From NCBI GenBank assembly GCA_963662585.1, contig OY759729.1, positions 160,001 through 224,000 of the forward strand: a DNA stretch of 64,000 bases, in the 5' to 3' direction. The notes under the pieces are model-generated. The model saw nothing but the letters and a program-made list of their open reading frames with translations, was not told the origin of the DNA and searched no databases. This document shows, one piece after another, positions 9,863 through 19,492 of the stretch. The stretch's first letter is position 1. Each line of letters begins with the position of its first letter. This DNA is from Candidatus Cloacimonadales bacterium (lineage in GTDB: Bacteria > Cloacimonadota > Cloacimonadia > Cloacimonadales > JAFGVF01). Both the position numbers and the translations under genes were made by a program.

Positions 9863-11229
9863 AAATCCCTATAAACTTTATTAATCTCTTCTGAGATATA
9901 GATTAAATCTTCATTTTCTACTGAAATAATATCGATATTGAGTTTTCCTTGGGTGAGATAAGTAACAATCGGTCGGCTTAGATCTAGTAATTTTAAATAA
10001 GCGGAGGCATTCTTATCTTCAGCTTCACTTATCTGAATAGCATAGGAATCAAGGGAAACACTTGGCATTGAGCCTCCACCAGTTTTAATCTTAGTAGAAA
10101 TTACTTCTTTCTTTATCTTCTTATCTAGAAGTGTGTCTAAAGTAGAAGCTTTTTCTTCAAGTTGGTTAGCTGTTTGATTAAGCATTTTAAAGAATGGTAT
10201 TTGCTCAAAATCTTTATCAAAGTTAAGATAGTTCTTAAGAGTATAGTAGAGAACAGAATCTGTTAATTTACCAACGCGCAATATTCTATAGAGAGGATTT
10301 TTCTTTAATCTATCAATGTAGTCTTTTTTTCCAACTATTAACCCTGCCTGTGTGGCACCAAGTAACTTATCCCCACTGAAACTTACCAAGTCGACACCCA
10401 TATCAATTATTTCTTTAACTGTATGGTCCCAGGCTATATCTATATTCTTAGGTTTTTGAATTAAACCTGAACCAAGGTCGTAATAAGAGACAAGTGTCTT
10501 GTTTCTAGAAAGTTTTATTAAATCAGAGATATCAGCTTCTTCAGTAAAGCCTTCGAGATAAAAATTAGATTGATGAACTTTCATAATCATAGAGGTCTTA
10601 TCGTTGATATTATTCTCATAATCTGAAAGTTTTGTCTTGTTTGTTGTCCCAACCTCTTTAAGTTTTGCTCCACTAAGGTTCATGATGTCAGGCACTCTAA
10701 AAGAGCCACCAATTTCTACTAATTCAGATCTTGAGACTAAGACTTCACTATTTTTCGAAAATTCATTCAATATAAGATATACAGCACCAGCATTGTTATT
10801 TACTACCATAGCAGCTTCAGCATTAGTGAGAGTACATAACAATTGATTTATATACTCACCTCTTTTTCCTCTTCTACCTGTAGATAAATCAAATTCAACA
10901 TTTACATAATTAGTTAATAGAGCAGTAACTTCTTCCATAACTTTCTTACTTAATATTGCCCTACCCAAGTTAGTATGCAACAAGGTACCTGTACAATTAA
11001 TAAGAGCTTTTAACTCAACTAGTTTATTCTTCTGAAACTCTTTTTCAATTGCCTCTTCAACCTCTTCCTTAGTTAGTTCTATACCTTCGGATATTTGTTT
11101 CCGGAGATCTTCTAAAGCATTAGTTAATATAGTTTTTACCCTATCTCTACCATGTAAGAGTATTTGCTCTTCATACTTTTTACTTTCTAAGAGGAAGTTT
11201 ATTGAGGGAAGCACTGAAAAATCTTTCAT
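9859..11229 (-). CDS. selA: L-seryl-tRNA(Sec) selenium transferase
   Basis: INCTGTLLHTNLGRA, VNNNAGAV, SRSELVEIGGSFRVPD, FSGDKLLG (PLP lysine). Confidence 0.98.
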   Translation of the reverse strand: MKDFSVLPSINFLLESKKYEEQILLHGRDRVKTILTNALEDLRKQISEGIELTKEEVEEAIEKEFQKNKLVELKALINCTGTLLHTNLGRAILSKKVMEEVTALLTNYVNVEFDLSTGRRGKRGEYINQLLCTLTNAEAAMVVNNNAGAVYLILNEFSKNSEVLVSRSELVEIGGSFRVPDIMNLSGAKLKEVGTTNKTKLSDYENNINDKTSMIMKVHQSNFYLEGFTEEADISDLIKLSRNKTLVSYYDLGSGLIQKPKNIDIAWDHTVKEIIDMGVDLVSFSGDKLLGATQAGLIVGKKDYIDRLKKNPLYRILRVGKLTDSVLYYTLKNYLNFDKDFEQIPFFKMLNQTANQLEEKASTLDTLLDKKIKKEVISTKIKTGGGSMPSVSLDSYAIQISEAEDKNASAYLKLLDLSRPIVTYLTQGKLNIDIISVENEDLIYISEEINKVYRDL

Positions 11230-11314
11230 AGAATCTATTCCTTGTTAAATTTTGTTATCAAATATCTACTAATTTCATACTAGCTCCCCTTCCTAAAAGG
11301 GGGTTATGAAAAGA

Positions 11315-11336
11315 TGAGTCGGATTGCTCCGACTCA
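11315..11336 (-). terminator. Hairpin immediately 3' of tRNA-Sec
   Basis: TGAGTCGGA-4nt-TCCGACTCA perfect 9-bp stem, followed by TCTTTT on the minus strand. Confidence 0.55.
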
Positions 11337-11340
11337 AATA

Positions 11341-11435
11341 TGGCTGAGAGGGCAGGAATCGAACCTGCCAAAGACGGTTTTATCCGCCTCTTATCGGTTT
11401 TGAAGACCGACTGAACCACCAGATCCATCCTCCCG
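11341..11435 (-). tRNA. selC: tRNA-Sec (UCA)
   Basis: Minus strand reads CGGGAGGA TGGATC TGGT GGTTCA GTCGGT CTTCAAA ACCGAT, long variable arm, GGCAGG TTCGATT CCTGC CCTCTCA G CCA: 6-bp D stem, UCA anticodon, encoded CCA, upstream of selAB. Confidence 0.97.
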
Positions 11436-11448
11436 TTATTTTATCTTA

Positions 11449-13287
11449 TTAATAAGTATCTTTTTTAGTTGCTTGGACAGTAGTAAGACTTTCATAGTGC
11501 ATACCAGGAATGATATTTACAGCATGAACAGGACAAACATCTGCACAGTTACCACATTTAACACAATCTAGTTGGTGAATAATATATTTATCTTCTCTAC
11601 TTCCTGTAATACAATTTACAGGGCATTTTCTTGCACATAAAGAACAACCAATACATTTTGTCTTATCGATATCAAAATGGATTAGAGAAGTACATACTTT
11701 AGCAGGACAGCTCTTTTCTTTGATATGAGCATCATACTCTTCTCTGAAATATCTAATAGTAGAAAGAACAGGATTTGGAGCAGTTTGACCAAGACCACAT
11801 AATGATGATTTTTTAATATCATTACCTAATCTAATTAACTCTTCAATATCTCCCTCTTTTCCTTTTCCACTAGTGATATTTTCCATAATACCATACATTT
11901 GCTTAAGACCGAGACGGCAAGGGAAACATTTTCCGCATGATTCTTCAACAGAGAAATCTAAGAAGAATTTAGCAACATTTACCATACAGTTAGTGTCATT
12001 CATTACAATAACACCACCTGAGCCCATCATGGCACCTTTTTCTAACAATGATTCATAGGTAATAGGAGTGTCTAAATCTTTTTCAGTAAGACATCCACCT
12101 GAAGGACCACCCAACTGAACAGCTTTGAATTTTCTACCATTAGTGATACCACCACCAACTTCAAAAATCAAATCTCTAAGGGTAATTCCCATTGGAACTT
12201 CAACTAAACCAGTATTTTTAACATCACCAGTAAGAGCGAAAACTTTAGTACCTTTAGATTTTCCCACACCCATTGAAGCAAACCATTCAGCACCTTTATT
12301 AAAGATAGATGTTAGGTTAGCTAATGTTTCAACATTATTAACAACAGTTGGCTTATCCCATAAACCTCTTTCTGCAGGGAATGGTGGTTTTGGAGTTGGT
12401 TGGCCTCTCATTCCTTCGATAGAGTGAATCAAGGCTGTTTCTTCACCACAAACAAATGCACCAGCACCAGTTCTAACTTCTGCGTCAAAGGCAAAGCCAC
12501 TACCAAAGATATCATCGCCCAAAAGACCTACTGTTCTCATTTGCTCCATAGCTAAGTTAATTCTCTTAATAGCAAGAGGATATTCAGCTCTGATATAGAA
12601 ATAACCTTTTGAAGCACCAATTGCATAACCAGCAAGCATCATACCTTCGATAACTCTATAAGGGTCACCTTCAAGAAGTGATCTATCCATGAATGCACCA
12701 GGGTCTCCCTCATCGGCATTACAGATAATATATTTTTGATCAGCTTTGTTGTTAAAACCAAACTGCCATTTCAGACCTGTAGGGAATCCACCGCCACCAC
12801 GACCTCTAAGACCTGAGTCTTTAACTAAGTCGATAGTTTCTTGTTGACTCATTTCTGATAATACTTTACCGATAGCTTCAAATCCACCAGTAGCAATATA
12901 TTCATCAATAGATTCAGGGTCAATATGACCACAATTTTCTAAAGCAACTTTAACTTGCTTTTGGTAGAAAGGAATCTCTTTTTTGGTTGCTTTAAGTTTA
13001 TCATCTTCGGTAACCATTAAGCGTTGAACAGGTCTTCCTTTTAAGAAGTGCTCTGTAACAATCTCATCTACATCAGCAACAGTTACTTTTTGATAGAATA
13101 CACCTTCAGGGTAAACCATCATTACTGGACCAAAATCACAAGGTCCCATACAACCAGTTTCAATAATATTTACTTCTGAGCGTAAATCATTTGCTTCTAA
13201 TAATTCAATAAATTTATTTTTAATTTTTAAAGATCCGGCTGATACACAACCTGAACCACAACATATTAGTAAATCAATTCTTTTCAT
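11449..13287 (-). CDS. NuoF-like FMN/Fe-S diaphorase subunit (HndC/HydB type)
   Basis: N-terminal thioredoxin-like 2Fe-2S, SGLRGRGGGGFPTG, CNADEGDPGAFMDR, GAGAFVCGEETAL, ESCGKCFPCR, C-terminal 2x[4Fe-4S]. Confidence 0.95.
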   Translation of the reverse strand: MKRIDLLICCGSGCVSAGSLKIKNKFIELLEANDLRSEVNIIETGCMGPCDFGPVMMVYPEGVFYQKVTVADVDEIVTEHFLKGRPVQRLMVTEDDKLKATKKEIPFYQKQVKVALENCGHIDPESIDEYIATGGFEAIGKVLSEMSQQETIDLVKDSGLRGRGGGGFPTGLKWQFGFNNKADQKYIICNADEGDPGAFMDRSLLEGDPYRVIEGMMLAGYAIGASKGYFYIRAEYPLAIKRINLAMEQMRTVGLLGDDIFGSGFAFDAEVRTGAGAFVCGEETALIHSIEGMRGQPTPKPPFPAERGLWDKPTVVNNVETLANLTSIFNKGAEWFASMGVGKSKGTKVFALTGDVKNTGLVEVPMGITLRDLIFEVGGGITNGRKFKAVQLGGPSGGCLTEKDLDTPITYESLLEKGAMMGSGGVIVMNDTNCMVNVAKFFLDFSVEESCGKCFPCRLGLKQMYGIMENITSGKGKEGDIEELIRLGNDIKKSSLCGLGQTAPNPVLSTIRYFREEYDAHIKEKSCPAKVCTSLIHFDIDKTKCIGCSLCARKCPVNCITGSREDKYIIHQLDCVKCGNCADVCPVHAVNIIPGMHYESLTTVQATKKDTY

Positions 13288-13297
13288 CTCTACCTCA

Positions 13298-13660
13298 TTA
13301 ATCTCTGCTTATAATAAAATCAGCAACAGCTTGTCCGTTAACAATATGTTCAGAAATAACTTTTTTAGCTTTTTCCGGATTCATATTTCCATAAGTAATA
13401 GTCTCTTTACCTTCTTCTATTACATCAACAACAGGTTCCATGGAAGAAAGACCTTTTTCACCTGTTTGAGTTACTACAACATCTACTATTTGTCTTGTAG
13501 CTATTTCATCTAAGAAAGTTTTCATTACTTCTCTGGCTCCCATAGCGATACCAGAAGTACCCATGCCAACAACAATCTTCACTCTGCTACCTGTGTTTCT
13601 CAACTTCATATCTTGTTGAGCTTTCTCGCGTATTTTTCTGAGGTCAGCTAATGTCTTCAT
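13298..13660 (-). CDS. Thioredoxin-like ferredoxin-fold subunit (HndB/HydD type), contains no cysteine
   Basis: KIVVGMGTSGIAMGAR...TQTGEKGLSSMEPVVDV...TYGNM...EHIVNG fits the HndB pattern and operon position. Confidence 0.88.
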   Translation of the reverse strand: MKTLADLRKIREKAQQDMKLRNTGSRVKIVVGMGTSGIAMGAREVMKTFLDEIATRQIVDVVVTQTGEKGLSSMEPVVDVIEEGKETITYGNMNPEKAKKVISEHIVNGQAVADFIISRD

Positions 13661-14229
13661 CAGATTTCTCCCATTTTTGTATTTTTTATTCCATTATTTA
13701 CATCATCCATGATATATTGAATCACATCCGGATAAGTTAAAGGTATGTCTCCCAATTCCTCTTTTAAAACTCTAGTATCAAATTCATACTCAAAACTTTC
13801 TTTCTGCGTATTATGTTCAATCTTTAAGTAGAAATCCGTCTCACTGTGACCTATCAAAGAACCAATGATGGTATCTGCCAGACTTCCAACCGGCATTCTA
13901 TCGATATGACTCTTTTTAAATACTGCTTCTAAATTTGTTCCCTTGCCTAATTGACTATCAACATGAAAGCTACCATCGCACAATTCCGCATTCTGCATAA
14001 AAAGTGGAATACCTAATCCAACTTTTTTTTCTCTGGAAGCCTTAGATGTATAGAAAGGATTTAGGGCATTATTTAAAGTTTCAGAATCCATACCACTACC
14101 ATTATCATCAATTCTAAACTTCAATATATCTTCTTTTTCATCCACATTTATTAAAATTTTAATCAAAGAAGCACCTGCTCTTGCAGAGTTCTCTATAATA
14201 TCTAATAAATGAAGTGATAAATCTTGCAT
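13660..14229 (-). CDS. Stand-alone histidine-kinase-like ATPase (HATPase_c) of hyd/hnd operons
   Basis: LSLHLLDIIENS, DDNGSGM, PFYTSK, VGLGIPL, SQLGKGT, HIDRMPVG. Confidence 0.9.
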   Translation of the reverse strand: MQDLSLHLLDIIENSARAGASLIKILINVDEKEDILKFRIDDNGSGMDSETLNNALNPFYTSKASREKKVGLGIPLFMQNAELCDGSFHVDSQLGKGTNLEAVFKKSHIDRMPVGSLADTIIGSLIGHSETDFYLKIEHNTQKESFEYEFDTRVLKEELGDIPLTYPDVIQYIMDDVNNGIKNTKMGEI

Positions 14230-14238
14230 TATTATTAA

Positions 14239-14721
14239 TTAACGATATTGGCTAAGGATTTCAACAACTTGTGCTTTTGTTTCAATACGACCGTAAGTTT
14301 CTTCTCCGATCACGAAAACAGGTGCTAAGGAGCAAGCTCCAACACATCTAACAGCACTAAGAGTGAATTGACCATCAGGAGTAGTTTCACCCATTTCAAT
14401 TTTAAGTTCTTCACCTATCATTTGAATGATTCTAGGAGCACCTTTAACATAACAAGCTGTACCTGTACAGACATTTATAACATACTTTCCTCTAGGTTTC
14501 ATAGAGAAAAAGTTGTAAAATGTTACTACACCGTAAATTTTGTTTAGAGGCACATCTAATTCAGCAGATATAAACTGTTGCACCTCAATTGGTAAATAAC
14601 CAAAAATTGCTTGAGCTTCCCTCAATACTTCAATCAAAGGGTTTCTGAGCTTAATCTTTTCAGATATGATCTCTTTCAACTCTTTGTACATTTGGTTGTC
14701 GTAATTAGCTATTTGCGACAT
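14239..14721 (-). CDS. NuoE-like [2Fe-2S] subunit (HndA/HydC type)
   Basis: GVVTFYNFF, CTGTACYVKG, RCVGACSLAP. Confidence 0.95.
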   Translation of the reverse strand: MSQIANYDNQMYKELKEIISEKIKLRNPLIEVLREAQAIFGYLPIEVQQFISAELDVPLNKIYGVVTFYNFFSMKPRGKYVINVCTGTACYVKGAPRIIQMIGEELKIEMGETTPDGQFTLSAVRCVGACSLAPVFVIGEETYGRIETKAQVVEILSQYR

Positions 14722-14973
14722 TTTTCCTCCAATATTATATATTTTTATTGAAATTCATATTTTTATTTTAATTTTTAATATCTTATACTTAATATTAACA
14801 ATATTTATCCCTTTCTTAAAGATAATTTTCTTTTAAGAATTATTTTTCTAAATCTCTCAGATTAGTCAACTATCTTTTTAAAAATCTTAAAAAAAGATAA
14901 ATTTTAACTAGTTTTTAATATTAAATCTACTTTTAACAGTCTAGTATAAATCGCTGAAAGCACTAAATTTTAT

Positions 14974-16500
14974 TTAGTGTCTAAAGTGTCTAGTATGAGT
15001 CATAACCATAGCGATATTATGTTCATTACAGGCTTCTATCACTTCAGGATCGCCTTTTGAACCACCTGGCTGAATAACTGCTCTTACTCCATATTTAACT
15101 AATTGATCTATAGAATCTCTAAAGGGGAAAAAACCATCTGAGGCACAGATAGAGTTAGTTAATGAGAGCTCAAACTTATCAGCTTTAGAGATAGCTATTT
15201 CAGTAGAATCAATTCTGCTAGTCTGTCCGATACCTAGTCCTAGTGTTCTATCATTAGAAGTAAAGGCTACAGCATTGGACTTAAGAGAAGCAACACAGTT
15301 CCAACCAAATTTTAAAGCTTCCCACTCTGCTTCTGTAGGTTGTCTCTTTGTTGCTACTTCCCATTGTTCAGGAGTATCTCTATCAATATCAGCATCTTGG
15401 GATAGATATCCGTTCATACAAGAGACAAGAGTAAATTTATCTTTAAGTTTTAAGACTTCATTTTTAGCAAAAGTTAATAATCTTCTATTTTTCTTTTTTT
15501 GTAAGAATTCTAAAACTCCCTCTTCATATTCAGGAGCTAATATAATTTCAGTAAAGATCTTGTTTATTTCTTTAGCACAATCCAAGTCTAAAGCTTTATT
15601 AACAATAACAATTCCCCCGAATGGAGAGAGAGTATCTGTGGCAAAAGCTTTTTGATAAGCCTGACTAAGATTATCGCCAGTAGCTATACCACAGGGATTA
15701 GTATGTTTAAAAATAGCGACAGTTGCTTTTTCTTCAAACTTAATAATAGTTTTGAGAGCAGAATCAATATCTAACAAATTGTTATAAGATAATTGTTTAC
15801 CATGAATTAATTCGACACATTTACCATCTTGATAGAAGCTAGCTCTTTGATGGGGGTTTTCGCCATATCTGAGAGTCTCTTCTAATGGAGTAGAAATATT
15901 CAACTGGGAATGATCATTATTAATTTTCATAAAATAGTTAGCAATTGTAGCATCATAGTCAGCTGTGTGCATAAAAGCTTTTTGAGCTAAATAGTTTCTG
16001 AACTGCCCTGCATCTTCCCCACTTTCTAAGACTTCAATAGTTTTTGTATAATCTGCTTGATCAGTAATAACAAAAACAGAGTTATAATTCTTTGCTGCTG
16101 AGCGGATAAGGGTTGGACCACCAATATCAATATTTTCAATTAACTCTTCATGAGTAGAATTAGGCTTTTCTAGAGTCTTTTTAAAAGGGTATAGATTAAC
16201 GCAAACAATATCAATAAGTTCAATGCCTAATTCTTCTGCTTCTTGTAGGTGGTCAGGAACTTCTCTATTAGCTAGAATTCCTCCATGAATGAAAGGATTA
16301 AGTGTTTTAACTCTTCCATCCATGATTTCAGGGAAGTTAGTAATATCAGACACATGAATTACTTCAACCCCATTTTCAGCTAAATACTTAGCAGTTCCAC
16401 CACTGGATATAATTTCATAATCCAGCTCTCTTAATTTCTTAGCGAAAGGTAAAACATTAGTCTTGTCCGAAAGGCTTATCAGTGCTCTCTTGGTCATCAT
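14974..16500 (-). CDS. purH: Bifunctional AICAR transformylase/IMP cyclohydrolase
   Basis: RALISLSDKT, GRVKTL, IDIGGPTLIRSAAKN, LRYGENPHQ, ASDGFFPFRD, TRHFRH; start uncertain (16497-16509). Confidence 0.98.
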   Translation of the reverse strand: MMTKRALISLSDKTNVLPFAKKLRELDYEIISSGGTAKYLAENGVEVIHVSDITNFPEIMDGRVKTLNPFIHGGILANREVPDHLQEAEELGIELIDIVCVNLYPFKKTLEKPNSTHEELIENIDIGGPTLIRSAAKNYNSVFVITDQADYTKTIEVLESGEDAGQFRNYLAQKAFMHTADYDATIANYFMKINNDHSQLNISTPLEETLRYGENPHQRASFYQDGKCVELIHGKQLSYNNLLDIDSALKTIIKFEEKATVAIFKHTNPCGIATGDNLSQAYQKAFATDTLSPFGGIVIVNKALDLDCAKEINKIFTEIILAPEYEEGVLEFLQKKKNRRLLTFAKNEVLKLKDKFTLVSCMNGYLSQDADIDRDTPEQWEVATKRQPTEAEWEALKFGWNCVASLKSNAVAFTSNDRTLGLGIGQTSRIDSTEIAISKADKFELSLTNSICASDGFFPFRDSIDQLVKYGVRAVIQPGGSKGDPEVIEACNEHNIAMVMTHTRHFRH

Positions 16501-17584
16501 TTTCTCCATTATCTTTATTCTTTTTAATTATAGTTGATTGTAATACATCTAAGATTGCTTCAAATTGTTTTTCTTTCAAGTTACACCTTAGATTTGAGTA
16601 TTCTTTAGAATCAATAAGAATTCTCATATCTAACTGTAGTTGATGAAATTTCTGATTTGGAATAACTTCCAATTTTTCACCAGCAGATGATTTTCTAAAC
16701 ATAGATATTATCAGGATACCGCAGAGAATTAATAACCAATTAAGGTATAGCCATAATACGGTAACAGGAATGGTGGTCAAGACTCCATAATCGGAGTTAA
16801 ATTTTAGTGAGTTTCGCACATAGATATCGAAAGCAAATTTGGCAATATACCAAGCTAAGGTAATAATTAAAGTACCTTTTAAAAGATCATTTTTACTTAT
16901 TCTTATACTTGGCATAAAAAGATAAAGAACAATCAGTAAGGTAAATTGAATTATTAGAGGTATAAAGTAAGCCAGTATTTTAGCAAAGGTAGAAATAACA
17001 GGAATATCTTGAATAACCGATGCTGAAACAAGGGTAAAGATGAGTAACATTATCACAAAGCCAAAGAAGATTGAACCGATAAATTTGGTTAGCTTAGTAA
17101 AAATATCAATCTTTTGAGTTTGATGAATATCTAATATTCTATCGAATGTTTTATTTAATATATTGAACATAGAAAAAGAACCTACTCCCACGAACAAGAA
17201 AGAGTAGATATTCAAACTTACTTTTTTATTAAGAGCGAGTTCAATTATTTCTTTTACTTTAGCTGCAGTTTCCGGAATAAAATTATCTAAAATCTTGCTA
17301 ATATAGAGTCCTTTATCAACATCTAGTATATTAGGCAAAACCAATAAAGCGAAAGATAACATGGGAATTATAGCCACCATGGAAATAAAGGTTAAATTAG
17401 CAGCTTCCTTCATTAAACCTTCAGCAAAGATTTTTAAGACAAAAAGCCTAGAGGTCTTAAAAGATTTAACTAAGCCATTGAAGGTTTTATTAGTGTTATT
17501 CTTTATTGACTCACTATCAAAATGCTTAACAAGAAATGCTTTAAGCCATTTGATAATTCTATTCACAGAAATTTTATGTTTCAT
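16457..17584 (-). CDS. YihY/BrkB family membrane protein
   Basis: AANLTFISMVAIIP, about 6 TMs, YGVLTTIPVTVLWLYLNW. Confidence 0.85.
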   Translation of the reverse strand: MKHKISVNRIIKWLKAFLVKHFDSESIKNNTNKTFNGLVKSFKTSRLFVLKIFAEGLMKEAANLTFISMVAIIPMLSFALLVLPNILDVDKGLYISKILDNFIPETAAKVKEIIELALNKKVSLNIYSFLFVGVGSFSMFNILNKTFDRILDIHQTQKIDIFTKLTKFIGSIFFGFVIMLLIFTLVSASVIQDIPVISTFAKILAYFIPLIIQFTLLIVLYLFMPSIRISKNDLLKGTLIITLAWYIAKFAFDIYVRNSLKFNSDYGVLTTIPVTVLWLYLNWLLILCGILIISMFRKSSAGEKLEVIPNQKFHQLQLDMRILIDSKEYSNLRCNLKEKQFEAILDVLQSTIIKKNKDNGENDDQESTDKPFGQD

Positions 17585-17586
17585 AA

Positions 17587-18816
17587 TTATTCTGTTCTAA
17601 GAGCTGTTACAGGATTTAAAGAACAGGCTTTCCAAGAAGGAATAATTCCAAAAACTAAACCTACCCCAGAAGACATTAAGAGAGCAATTATTACTAACTG
17701 AGGAGTAATTGCTATTTTCACATTTACATATCCAGCAACAAGATCAGCTAAGCCCATTCCGACAAATAAGCCAATAATACCACCAAGAGTTGTTATAAAA
17801 ACTGTTTGAATTAAAAATTGGAGAAAAATATCCATCTTGGAACCACCAATTGACATCCTTACTCCTATTTCCCTTGTTTTTTCTTTAATTGTAGCTAGCA
17901 TTATATTCATTATCACAATGCCACCCACTATCAAAGAGATTGCTGAAATAAAATAGAAAATTATATTGAACTTAGAAGATTGTTTTAATATTTCTTCTCT
18001 TTGTTCTAAATTAGAACTAGTTCTATAAACAGGTTTGTTGTTGAATTGAGCATTAAGTGTCTTTTCCACTTTTGCCCTAACTGATTCGGTAAGTGATTCA
18101 TCTATAGTTTTAAGATTAAAGCTTGATATCTCTTGCCAAGCAGGGTTCATTTTCAGAGAAGTTTGTACAGGAATAAGAACCATATCGTTTTTCCAATCCA
18201 GCCAGTTTCTTTGTCCCATATCTGATTGTCCCATAAATTCACGATATTCTAAAATCCCTATAACAGTAACAAAATCTTTACCAACTTGAATTTGTTTTCC
18301 TAAAGGATCTATACTTCCAAAGAGATTTTTTCTAGCATTTGTTCCTATTAAGGCTACCTGGTTTCTATTTTTATAATCAAAATCAGTGAAAGGTCTCCCC
18401 TCTTGAACGCTCCATTCTTCTAATTTGAAGAAATTTTCATCTACGGCTCGATACCAAGGTGCTATATCATTCTTTCCATACTTAATTTTAGAAGGCCAAA
18501 CATTGAGATTTAAATCTATCAAATCAATTCCTTGAATAGGCCTAAGCAAATCAATTATTTCATCATAATCAAATGATTTTTTTCTACTAGTTGCTTGATT
18601 ATACTCCCAATTCATATAGACATCTATCTTTTTAAATCCACCTGATTCTTCAATCCATTCTGTAGTCTGTTTAATACTACCTTGCACAATACTCATTACG
18701 ATTATAATAGATGCTGTGCCGAGAATTATACCCATAACAGTAACCATTGTTCTAATCTTTTTAGCCCAAAAATCTTGCAGGCTTTGATTTACTACTTCTT
18801 TAAAGGATATCGCCAT
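17587..18816 (-). CDS. MacB/FtsX-like ABC transporter permease
   Basis: RTMVTVMGIILG, periplasmic domain, VGGIVIMNIML..IKEKTREIGVR, LNPVTALRTE; ORF open to 18831. Confidence 0.93.
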   Translation of the reverse strand: MAISFKEVVNQSLQDFWAKKIRTMVTVMGIILGTASIIIVMSIVQGSIKQTTEWIEESGGFKKIDVYMNWEYNQATSRKKSFDYDEIIDLLRPIQGIDLIDLNLNVWPSKIKYGKNDIAPWYRAVDENFFKLEEWSVQEGRPFTDFDYKNRNQVALIGTNARKNLFGSIDPLGKQIQVGKDFVTVIGILEYREFMGQSDMGQRNWLDWKNDMVLIPVQTSLKMNPAWQEISSFNLKTIDESLTESVRAKVEKTLNAQFNNKPVYRTSSNLEQREEILKQSSKFNIIFYFISAISLIVGGIVIMNIMLATIKEKTREIGVRMSIGGSKMDIFLQFLIQTVFITTLGGIIGLFVGMGLADLVAGYVNVKIAITPQLVIIALLMSSGVGLVFGIIPSWKACSLNPVTALRTE

Positions 18817-19480
18817 TATGAATCTTCCCATCTACGATAGTTATAACCCTATCAGCTTTGTCAGCTATTGACTTATCGTGAGTAACAACAATTACAGTAT
18901 TCCCCTGCTTGTGAAGTTCTGAAAATATTGACATAATATCAGAACCTGAAGTTGAATCTAGGTTTCCGGTAGGTTCATCAGCCAGAATTATAGAAGGGCT
19001 ATTCACAATTGCTCTAGCAATGGCCACTCTTTGTCTTTGTCCGCCTGATAATTCAGATGGTTTATGTTTTAGCCTATCACCTAAACCAACAGATTTTAAT
19101 ACTTCAATCGCTCTATTTTCTCTTTGGCTTCCATTTACACCTCCGTAAAGAAGGGGAAGTTCGACATTCTTTTGAATATTTATATGAGGTAGCAGATTAA
19201 AAGTTTGAAAAACGAATCCTATTTTCTTATTTCTAATTTTGGCTAATTTTGCTTTACTGAGTTTTTCCACATTTATCCCATCTAGAGTATAACTCCCTTT
19301 AGATGGAGAATCTAAACATCCGAGAATATGCATCAAAGTTGATTTACCTGAACCTGAAGGCCCAATAATAGCAACAAACTCACCTTGCTTAATACTAATA
19401 TCAACTCCTTGCAGAGCATTAACTTCTACTTTACCCATATTATATGTTTTAATAAGATTTTCAGTTTGAATTATTTCCAT
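18800..19480 (-). CDS. ABC transporter ATP-binding protein (LolD/MacB family)
   Basis: GPSGSGKST, LSGGQRQR, ILADEPTGNLD, VTHD. Confidence 0.96.
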   Translation of the reverse strand: MEIIQTENLIKTYNMGKVEVNALQGVDISIKQGEFVAIIGPSGSGKSTLMHILGCLDSPSKGSYTLDGINVEKLSKAKLAKIRNKKIGFVFQTFNLLPHINIQKNVELPLLYGGVNGSQRENRAIEVLKSVGLGDRLKHKPSELSGGQRQRVAIARAIVNSPSIILADEPTGNLDSTSGSDIMSIFSELHKQGNTVIVVTHDKSIADKADRVITIVDGKIHNGDIL

Positions 19481-19492
19481 GTTTTCCTACAG

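Noticed and set aside
11449..14721. Respiratory complex I (nuoEF) or a selenoprotein within this operon
   Set aside because: No other nuo genes; HATPase and HndB context indicates a Hyd/Hnd module; ORFs look full length with no internal TGA needing read-through
1461..17600. Short shadow ORFs (1461-1646, 2656-3099, 6539-6769, 8973-9176, 9240-9584, 10637-10846, 11873-12427, 13331-13513, 15275-15655, 17361-17600)
   Set aside because: All overlap well-supported genes, antisense or out of frame, with no motifs
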